From NCBI GenBank assembly GCA_002269645.1, contig NIVC01002416.1, forward strand, positions 1 to 64,000: 64,000 nucleotides of DNA. Reading direction: 5' to 3'. Shown here piece by piece: positions 14,250 to 24,800 of this stretch; position 1 is the first letter of the stretch; every line of letters begins with the position of its first letter. Both the position numbers and the translations under genes were made by a program. The DNA is from Macrostomum lignano (taxonomy: Eukaryota). Below the pieces are notes generated by a model. That model worked only from the letters and a program-made list of their open reading frames with translations, had not been told where the DNA came from and did not search any database.

Positions 14250-14935
14250 GCCCATCAAAAAAGGGCACCCACTGAGACACCCACCAAAAACAGGGACGCC
14301 CCCACCAAGAGACAGGGGGCGCCCACCAAAGAGACAGGGAGCGCCCACCAAAAGAGAGAGGGGCGCCCACCAAGAGACAGGGGCGCCCAACCATGAGAAG
14401 GGGCGCCCACCAAGAGACAGGGGGCGCCCACCAAAGAGACAGGGAGCGCCCACCAAGAGACAGGGGCGCCCACCAAGAGACAGGGGCGCCCAACCATGAG
14501 AAGGGGCGCCCACCAAGAGACAGGGGGCGCCCACCAAAGAGACAGGGAGCGCCCACCAAGAGACAGGGGCGCCCACCAAGAGACAGGGGGCGCCCACCAA
14601 AGAGACAGGGAGCGCCCACCAAGAGACAGGGGCGCCCACCAAGAGACAGGGGCGCCCAACCATGAGAAGGGGCGCCCAACCATGAGAAGGGGCGCCCACC
14701 AAGAGACATGGGCGCCCACCAAGAGACAGGGACGCCCACCAAGAAACAGGGGGCGCCCACCAAGAGACAGGGGGCGCCCACCAAGAGACAGGGAGCGCCC
14801 ACCAAGAGACAGGGGCGCCCACCAAAGAGACAGGGAGCGTCCACCAAGAGACAGGGAGCGCCCACCAAGAGACAGGGGCGCCCAACCATGAGAAGGGGCG
14901 CCAACCAAGAGACATGGGTGCCCACTAAAAGATAG
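14250..14935. repeat. GC-rich ~20-22-bp minisatellite
   Basis: Unit gggcgcccaccaagagacag(g) with variants gggcgcccaaccatgagaag. Confidence 0.93.
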
Positions 14936-15707
14936 GAGCGCACACCAAGACACCAAATATTGGCACCAACTTAGGTTTGAGACCCCATAAAATTTGAATT
15001 CCTGCCGAACCACACTGTATACGTGTACGACGGTTTCATATACATGGACAATTTAAAATGTTTTGAGATGAGTGTGAGCCTGATTCCAACCGTTTCGCAA
15101 AATCGATAGTTTTTGTAATACATCAGCACAGTTACACATGTCAAGAACCTAATTAATTATTTCTACTTAAAAACAGTTAATGACTTTTTATGCGAAATTC
15201 GCGCGCTGCTGGCTGATTTTACTTTACAATCATGGATTCTCTTGTTCATTATCAGCCAATCAATAAACAATAAAAAGCTATGAAATCTTAGGTAATCTGC
15301 CCGTTGAAAAGGTTTCTGTCACGTTACTATTAATTGCAACATTTGAGTGTGTGTGTGTGTGTGTTCAAAAAAGAAGTCCACGTTTTATGACATTATTATT
15401 ATCAAGTTGTTAATACGTTCGTATGAAAACAGATTATCGTAAACTGTCGCAACATTTGAAAGGGCAAAAGACAGAGTTATGCAGAAGAGTGCGACTGAGT
15501 TAAAAATATGCTTGTTATTAAACCGATGCGAAATTGCAAACAAAGTAGATCTACCAGTCAAACAAAAAAACTACTAAATTAATAAGCAGAATTGAAAAAC
15601 TTCCAAACTATCTACTTATTAGTTTATAATATATTTATACTTTAATTAACTTGCATGCATAAAAAAATTGTAAAAAGTGCAAGAATGTCATTTGCATTTA
15701 AGACTCT

Positions 15708-15780
15708 GTTGCCGGAGGAACCGGCTGGCACCATAGCGAACTCCATAGTGAATGCCATAGCCACCGTTTGCTTTAGCGAC
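15708..15780 (+). promoter_or_regulatory. Cluster of X-box-like motifs at the putative 5' end of the RFX gene
   Basis: GTTGCCGGAGGAAC (15708-15721), AATGCCATAGCCAC (15751-15764) and TTTGCTTTAGCGAC (15767-15780) match RTHNYYWTRRNRAC at 12-13 of 14 positions. A donor AAGG|GTAATT follows at 15816. Confidence 0.35.
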
Positions 15781-16713
15781 TGTCGCCTGTCAACCAAAAG
15801 CCGACATCTAAAAGGGTAATTTTCTTGCTTTTTATGTACTGCGTTGGTATTAACGTCATTAGTAATATATATAATTTGTTTTCTAGTTAAATTAGGAATT
15901 ATTCAGATTTAGTTGTATAGATTTTGTGAACCAGCTGTTAAGCGAGTTAATCTCATTTACCAATAATAAATAAAGTATAGTGAGTGAGATTGGGGCCTAT
16001 ATAATTGATTTTACATTTCGTTTAGACCTAGCTTAGCTAGAATAACTAGACCCCTAAGGCTAGGCCCTCTCTTTAGTCTTGCCAAAGTCAAAATGTTCCC
16101 AACATACAGCCTATTATTTAGTATGGTGGATTTGTGTTATATAGAAATGCTAAGAGGGTCTATTGCTAATGATATCTGCTATAGATAGATAACTAAATTC
16201 ATAGGCCTAGGCAAGGGCAAGGCCCTTTAGTTTAGACTATGATTCTTATTTATCATATCCTTAGTCCACCACTTGTTTAGTAATTTGCTCTATCTTATCA
16301 AATAACCAGTACCATGTTGATCTAAAAAAGTGAAGGTCAAAGACAGGTTTATATTAACCTATATCCAATCCTGAACCTAGTTAGATTTTTGTAAGTATAA
16401 CTTTCATTTTTATTTTATTTAATCAATTTACTTAAATAAATGATTTAAGCTACTTATTATTTATTTACCATAGTCTAGAAAATGAGCTTTTTGAAACATT
16501 TTTGCTCCCTATTAGGAATCATAATATACATTTGGTAGATATATAAGGCCTAGAAATTTCAAGTCTGATATTTATCATTGATATACCATAGTTTGGATTA
16601 TGTATTAGTGTACACCAGGTTTAATGTCAAAAAATGATGAGACCCTATTTGTATGCTAGGTTTGTGCTTCAATATAAAGAAAATGTAATTTGACATAATG
16701 TATTTACTATGTT

Positions 16714-17296
16714 GGCTATCCTGCATTTTCGTTCGTTAAATTATTTTTTCATGTGGAATTAATTTTACATGATCTCACGAGTTCAGCACAGGCAATAAAA
16801 AATATTATGGGACATACAGATACAGAACACCCGAAAAGTTTAAGAAAGTTTGTTATAGTCAAGTCAGTTTAAACGTTAGTCTCCGGATTACAGTAGGTAG
16901 TAATGGGTCACCCAGTACAGAAAGTTGCCGAAATGATGCTCATTTGGGTAGAGCCGGCGCCACAGGAACTCCTACAAGCCCAAGCCCAGCCATCCACATA
17001 CCGGTCACCCTGACGACGCTGAAGGCGCATTTGAGGTGCAGCAGGGCAATGGCACCGACGCTCGTTTGACAGCAGCCGGTATTTGGCCAGCCAGCGCATC
17101 AGAGACAGTGTGTCAGTGGTCAAAAGAGCCAAGTCCCGCATCCTTATGAGCGGCAGGTCGCATAGTTCCGCAGTAGGTCTTATCTTAGCTGGTGGGATGA
17201 TAGTAGTGGGAGCAGCTGGACGACCCGCCATGTGGATGTGCAGTGTGGCTGAAAAAAATGAAAAAATAATTTAACGAACGAAAATGCAGGATAGCC
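16714..17296 (-). mobile_element. Non-autonomous Merlin (IS1595/ISXO2-like) DNA transposon, 583 bp
   Basis: Perfect 39-bp TIRs starting GGCTATCC (16714-16752 and 17258-17296). 8-bp TSD ACTATGTT at 16706-16713 and 17297-17304. ORF 16908..17231 encodes a Merlin-type N-terminal Zn finger (CHC..MRL...DGWAWACRSSC) but no DDE domain. Confidence 0.85.
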
Positions 17297-18870
17297 ACTA
17301 TGTTATGTATGCTAGGATATATCCCAGTGTATGCTGAAAATGGTAAGACTCTTATTGTAGACTGTAGAGTACCTGTCTGTTGTTGTCTATTATGTCTGTT
17401 GTTGTCTAGTATGTCTAGTATGTATGTCTAGTATGTCTAGTATGTCTGTTGTTGTCTACTATACATGTTGTCTACATATTGTAGACAACATGTATACTAG
17501 GACACCAGGAAATCCTAGTATACATGTTGCCTTTCAAACTATGGTTGATATACAAAAATGTCTAATAAAAAAGTGAAGATCAAAGCTATATATAGTTATG
17601 TATCTAAATTTAGATTAAGGAACTTTTTTTATAAAAAATCAAAAACAAAAATTAAATGAAAATACTATGCAACTTACAAAAAAATGAAATTACAAAAGTA
17701 CAAAAACAGATAGTTTGGAGTTTAGTCTCTTAAAAATTAGTTTTAAAAATTATATTATTAATATATTATATAAGCATATTTTTCTTGCTTTTTTTCAATT
17801 TTTGTTGGTATAGAATTTTTTTGCTCATTGAGTGCCAACTATATATCTTATGTGTATATAAATATAATTTTCAAATATAAAACTTTGTGATATCTATATA
17901 TTAGGCTATAAATATTGTTAATTATAAACTTATCCCATTTTAGAACAGATCATCCTAAGCTTTTATCCCATATTGCCATAGTCATAATCTATATTAATAC
18001 AGATACTATCATTTTACCTAAAATTTCTACTAAAATTTGAATTGGGATTCTAGATTAGGCTTACACAAAAAAACATAAAAAGATTTATGAAAAAAATTAA
18101 AAAGGTAAGCATTAACAAATTTTATAAAAAAAGTATTAAACAAAAATAAAAAATAAATTATAATATCAAAACTAATCAGCAATAAAATTTTTTATCTTTC
18201 TAGTTTTTTTTAATTTATTAGTTCTATATAAAAGTTCTTTCTGATCTATTTTATTTGTTTTTCCTTTTTACACTATAGTAAATATTAATTTTTTGGCTTT
18301 TAACCTATTTACTTCATTGGTATAAATAATCTGTAAAAGGCAAAAAAATCAATGCATGCTTAACATGATCTGGATTATGGACTTATATTAAAAGAAGTTT
18401 ATTTTCTTAGTCTTGTTATTTTTTAAATCTTTTAATTTAAGTGGCATGACATAAGAAATGAATTTAAAATGTTTTAATTTATGCCATCAGTTGGATATAA
18501 GCTAGCTTAGATATGAATAGGCTAAACTACCAATGCAGAAACCTATGCTCAAATTTTGATAGTTTATTAGTAATATATATTTTAATAAGTGTTCTATACT
18601 GAAGAAGATTCAAATGTTAAAGAATCAAAACTATAGCTACAAACATCTATGGGAAAAAGCTTCAACATCATATTTCTAAGCCATAAGAACTGTTGTTTTC
18701 TATATGCATCTCTGTAGCTCTGAGTATTGTATATGGATACACCCTATACTTATAGCTGGACTTGGACACTTATGACTGCAAAAAACTAAGTCTACTTAAA
18801 TTTATCAATGTTTAGGTGATTGCCAGACTGCTTCTCAACAGATAGACAAGTGCCATTAGCACAATACAAT

Positions 18871-21800
18871 ATGCACTCAGCCTCTGGCATGGTTGGCAGT
18901 GGGCCAACTGCCACTATAATCCAAGTCAGCCCTAAGCAGCACATTGTCACCAGTCAGTCTGGTCAGCAGTTCATCATTGCTGCTACAGGTGGCGGTTCTG
19001 CCAGCAAGATTAGTGAGAAAAATTGAATTCTTTAAAACACATTCTCTACTTGCTACTTATCAGTAGGCAATCTCGTATTTTTTGTAATAATTTTTTGTCA
19101 TTTCATTAACAGTGTCAAACGAACAGCTAGTAGCAGTGTCGCAGGCTCAAAGACAGCACTCAGCAATGGATAGCATTGCTCTGCCGTCAGGCAATCAGCA
19201 GCAACAGCAGCAGCAGCAACAGCAACAACATATAACAGTCAGTGCCGCATCAGCTCAAAGTGGTTACCCAACTGTGCAATATGTCACCACAGATCAGCAG
19301 TTGTTAGGAACTCAAATGTAAGCCTCCTATTGAGCCATGGGTGTTTTTAATTGTAAACAAAGGGTTAATTGATACCATTGGTGTGTTTATTCTGTGTTTA
19401 ACTCACTTTGGAATTTTTTGTGTCTGACTCACTCACGGACTCACTGTCTATAGATCTCGTGTTTCTGACTCACTCACTGTCTACAGTTCTCGTGTTTCTG
19501 ACTCACTGTCTATAGATCTCTTGTTTCTGACTCACTAACTGTCTATAGATCTCGTGTTTCTGACTCACTAACTGTCTATAGATCTCGTGTTTCTGACTCA
19601 CTGTCTATAGATCTCGTGTTTCTGACTCACTAACTGTCTATAGATCTCGTGTTTCTGACTCACTGTCTATAGATCTCGTGTTTCTGACTCACTAACTGTC
19701 TATAGATCTCGTGTTTCTGACACTGTCTATAGATCTCATAAAAACTTTCAAAATCCACAGCGAGTACATCGAGATCAGCAATGGCAAATCTGTCACCAAA
19801 GGCGTTGTCTCAGCTTCTCCTGGCAACAAAATTGCGTAAGTTATTAATATTAAGTTGTATTTCGATACATGTCGGTAACTTACGCAGCATGTCTGATTGT
19901 GATTTTTATTATAATTGGAACCAATGCTACTTTTCAGGCACTACCAGGACTACGCATCCGTCTATGGAGGCTCTGTAGCTGCAGGCAGTGGAAGTTACTA
20001 CCAAGCTGGCTCTGCACAGGTGAGTCTGTCAGTGTTGTATTGTATTCTTTGGCCTGTCTCGGGTAAGAGATAGAGTCTCAGGTGGCGATAGAGTCTCAGG
20101 TGGGGATAGAGAGTCTCAGGTGATAAGAGTAGAGTCTCAGGTGATAAGAGTAGAGTCTCAGGTGGGGATAGAGTCTCAGGCGGGGATAGAGTCTCAGGTG
20201 GGGATAGAGTCTCAGGTGATAAGAGATAGAGTCTCAGGTGGGGATAGAGTCTCAGTTGGGGATAGAGTCTCAGGTGATAAGAGATAGAGTCTCAGGCGGG
20301 GATAGAGTCTCAGGTGGGGATAGAGTCTCAGGTGGGGATAGAGGCTCAGGTGATAAGAGATAGAGTCTCAGGTGGGGATAGAGTCTCAGTTGGGGATAGA
20401 GTCTCATGTGGGGATAGAGTCTCAGGTGGGGATAGAGTCTCAGGTGGGGATTGAGTCTCAGTTGGGGATAGAGGCTCAGGTGATAAGAGATAGAGTCTCA
20501 GGTGGGGATAGAGTCTCAGGTGGGGATTGAGTCTCAGTTGGGGATAGAGTCTCAGGTGGGGATAGAGTCTCAGGCGGGGATAGAGTCTCAGTTGGGGATA
20601 GAGTCTCAGGTGGGGATAGAGTCTCAGGTGGGGATAGAGTCTCAGGTGGGGATTGAGTCTCAGTTGGGGATAGAGTCTCAGGTGGGGATAGAGTCTCAGG
20701 TGGGGATAGAGTCTCAGTTGGGGATAGAGTCTCAGGTGGGGATAGAGTCTCAGGTGGGGATAGAGTCTCAGGTGATAAGAGATAGAGTCTCAGGTGGGGA
20801 TAGAGTCTCAGGTGGGGATTGAGTCTCAGTTGGGGATAGAGTCTCAGGTGGGGATAGAGTCTCAGGCGGGGATAGAGTCTCAGTAGGGGATAGAGTCTCA
20901 GGTGGGGATAGAGTCTCAGGTGGGGATAGAGTCTCAAGTGGGGATTGAGTCTCAGTTGGGGATAGAGTCTCAGGTGGGGATAGAGTCTCAGGTGGGGATA
21001 GAGTCTCAGGTGGGGATAGAGGCTCAGGTGATAAGAGATAGAGTCTCAGGTGGGGATAGAGTCTCAGGAGGGGTTTGAGTCTCAGTTGGGGATAGTCTCA
21101 GGTGGGGATAGAGTCTCAGGTGGGGATAGAGTCTCAGGCGGGGATAGAGTCTCAGGTGGGGATAGAGTCTCAGGTGGGGATAGAGTCTCAGGCGGGGATA
21201 GAGTCTCAGGTGGGGATAGAGGCTCAGGTGGGGATAGAGGCTCAGGTGATAAGAGATAGAGTCTCAGGTGGGGATAGAGTCTCAGGTGGGGATAGAGGCT
21301 CAGGTGATAAGAGATAGAGTCTCAGGTGGGGATAGAGTCTCAGGTGGGGATTGAGTCTCAGTTGGGGATAGAGTCTCAGGTGGGGATAGAGGCTCAGGTG
21401 ATAAGAGATAGAGTCTCAGGTGGGGATAGAGTCTCAGGTGGGGATAGAGTCTCAGGCGGGGATAGAGTCTCAGGTGGGGATAGAGGCTCAGGTGGGGATA
21501 CAGTCTCAGGTGGGGATAGAGTCTCAGGCGGGGATAGAGTCTCAGGCGGGGATAGAGTCTCAGGTGGGGATAGAGTCTCAGTTGGGGATAGAGTCTTAGG
21601 TGGGGATACAGTCTCAGGTGGGGGTTAGATTCTCAGGTGAGGTTAGTCCTTTATCCTTTCTTAAACGATCTGTCAGCTACGCGAGTCAGTCTCACCGCAC
21701 CTGGTCACGGGTATTGTGCCGGCCGGGCATCACCTGGTTGGTGGCGGCGGCTCCGGGTCCTACGCCATGCCGACGCCTGAGGAGGTGGCCTCATTTAGCC

Positions 21801-24800
21801 ACACTACTCGAGCTAGTCCCGTTACTGTAAGTAGCAACTGGCGGAGATATTTCGAAATGTAGCACGAAACTTGGTTACGGTTGTTTCCACTGTGTTGTCA
21901 GTGCGTTCCAATGCTTCCACTGTGTTGTCAGTGTGTTCCAATGCTTCCACTGTGTTGTCAGTGTGTTCCAATGCTTCCACTGTGTTGTCAGTGTGTTCCA
22001 ATGCTTCCACTGTGTTGTCAGTGTGTTCCAATGCTTCCACTGTGTTGTCAGTGTGTTCCAATGCTTCCACTGTGTTGTCAGTGTGTTCCAATGCTTCCAC
22101 TGTGTTGTCAGTGTGTTCCAATGCTTCCACTGTGTTGTCAGTGTGTTCCAATGCTTCCACTGTGTTGTCAGTGTGTTCCAATGCTTCCACTGTGTTGTCA
22201 GTGTGTTCCAATGCTTCCACTGTGTTGTCAGTGTGTTCCAATGCTTCCATTGTGTTGTCAGTGTGTTCCAATGCTTCCACTGTGTTGTCAGTGTGTTCCA
22301 ATGCTTCCACTGTGTTTTCAGTGTGTTCCAATGCTTCCACTGTGTTGTCAGTGTGTTCCAATGCTTCCACTGTGTTGTCAGTGTGTTCCAATGCTTCCAC
22401 TGTGTTGTCAGTGTGTTCCAATGCTTCCACTGTGTTGTCAGTGTGTTCCAATGCTTCCACTGTGTTGTCAGTGTGTTCCAATGCTTCCACTGTGTTGTCA
22501 GTGTGTTCCAATGCTTCCACTGTGTTGTCAGTGTGTTCCAATGCTTCCACCGTGTTGTCAGTGTGTTCCAATGCTTCCACTGTGTTGTCAGTGTGTTCCA
22601 ATGCTTCCACTGTGTTGTCAGTGTGTTCCAATGCTTCCACTGTGTTGTCAGTGTGTTCCAATGCTTCCACCGTGTTGTCAGTGTGTTCCAATGCTTCCAC
22701 TGTGTTGTCAGTGTGTTCCAATGCTTCCACTGTGTTGTCAGTGTGTTCCAATGCTTCCACTGTGTTGTCAGTGTGTTCCAATGCTTCCACTGTGTTGTCA
22801 GTGTGTTCCAATGCTTCCACTGTGTTGTCAGTGTGTTCCAATGCTTCCACTGTGTTGTCAGTGTGTTCCAATGCTTCCACCGTGTTGTCAGTGTGTTCCA
22901 ATGCTTCCACTGTGTTGTCAGTGTGTTCCAATGCTTCCACTGTGTTGTCAGTGTGTTCCAATGCTTCCACTGTGTTGTCAGTGTGTTCCAATGCTTCCAC
23001 CGTGTTGTCAGTGTGTTCCAATGCTTCCACTGTGTTGTCAGTGTGTTCCAATGCTTCCACTGTGTTGTCAGTGTGTTCCAATGCTTCCACCGTGTTGTCA
23101 GTGTAGATTTAATCGAAGCAAAATTTGTATTATTTTAGACAGTAATATTTTAGCCGCATGAGACCTTTTCATCGTACTTGTTTTTACTATTACTTCTAAG
23201 AAGGACTTTGGGTCGGCTTTCAGGTGCAATGGCTGCTGGATAATTACGAAGCAGCCGAAGGCGTATCTCTGCCCAGGTGCACTCTGTACAATCACTACCT
23301 GCGCCACTGCCAGGAGCACAAATCCGATCCCATGAATCCCGCCAGCTTTGGCAAACTCATCAGATCCGTGTTCTACGGTTTGAAGACTCGACGGTTGGGG
23401 ACCAGGTGAGCGGCCCTGTGGCTTCAGCTGCTTAGGGGTTGGGATCCGGTGTGCTCATGGTTGGGATTAGGTGTGCTCATGATTGGGATTAGGTGTGCTC
23501 ATGATTGGGATTAGGTGTGCTCATGATTGGGATTAGGTGTGCTCATGATTGGGATTCGGTGTGCTCATGATTGGGATTCGGTGTGCTGTGCTCATGATTG
23601 GGATCCGGTGTGCTCATGATTGGGATTAGGTGTGCTCATGATTGGGATTAGGTGTGCTCATGATTGGGATTCGGTGTGCTCATGATTGGGATTAGGTGTG
23701 CTCATGATTGGGATTAGGTGTGCTCATGATTGGGATTCGGTGTGCTCATGATTGGGATTAGGTGTGCTCATGATTGGGATCCGGTGTGCTCATGATTGGG
23801 ATCCGGTGTGCTCATGATTGGGATTAGGTGTGCTCATGATTGGGATTAGGTGTGCTCATGATTGGGATTCGGTGTGCTCATGATTGGGATTAGGTGTGCT
23901 CATGATTGGGATCCGGTGTGCTGTGCTCATGATTGGGATCCGGTGTGCTCATGATTGGGATTAGGTGTGCTCATGATTGGGATTAGGTGTGCTCATGATT
24001 GGGATTCGGTGTGCTCATGATTGGGATTCGGTGTGCTCATGATTGGGATTCGGTGTGCTGTGCTCATGATTGGGATTAGGTGTGCTCATGATTGGGATTC
24101 GGTGTGCTCATGATTGGGATTCGGTGTGCTCATGATTGGGATTCGGTGTGCTGTGCTCATGATTGGGATTAGGTGTGCTCATGATTGGGATTCGGTGTGC
24201 TCATGATTGGGATTAGGTGTGCTCATGATTGGGATTCGGTGTGCTCATGATTGGGATTCGGTGTGCTCATGATTGGGATTCGGTGTGCTGTGCTCATGAT
24301 TGGGATTAGGTGTGCTCATGATTGGGATCCGGTGTGCTCAGGCTCGGGTCTAACATCCCAATGCCGCACCACCCGCAGGGGAAACTCCAAGTATCACTAC
24401 TACGGCATTCGGATTAAGCCGGGGTCAACCCTGAGCCAGTCAGGCTCGGAAGAAAGCAGCGTATTCCGCCAGCTCCGGTTGGCCCAGCGAGAAAAGTGCG
24501 TCGTCGTGTTTTATTCTTAAGAAGCCTTATTTTTCTACTATAAGTAGTGTGATTAAATAGAAATGTGCAAATTGTAATTTTTCAGACTTATGCGCCAAGA
24601 TCAGTCCGGATTCTCTGGCGGCGGCTCAGCAACTTCCATGGCTGTGCAGTCTGCCTCGGCAGCCAGAGGTCCCGCCGCCGCCGCCGCCCACTCTGCTGCT
24701 TCCGCTGAATCGTCGGCAGGGGCGACCTCGGCGGCATCCGTTGACCCAGAGGCGTCGCAGCACACCCAGTTCCTTGGCGACGCCAGCTCTGCTCTGCCGG

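Noticed and set aside
14190-15013. Overlapping 240-aa ORFs
   Set aside because: They are GC-rich minisatellite translations with no domain content.
21822-23161. Four 400-aa ORFs
   Set aside because: They are translations of a 30-bp stop-free tandem repeat inside an RFX intron with clear splice sites on both sides.
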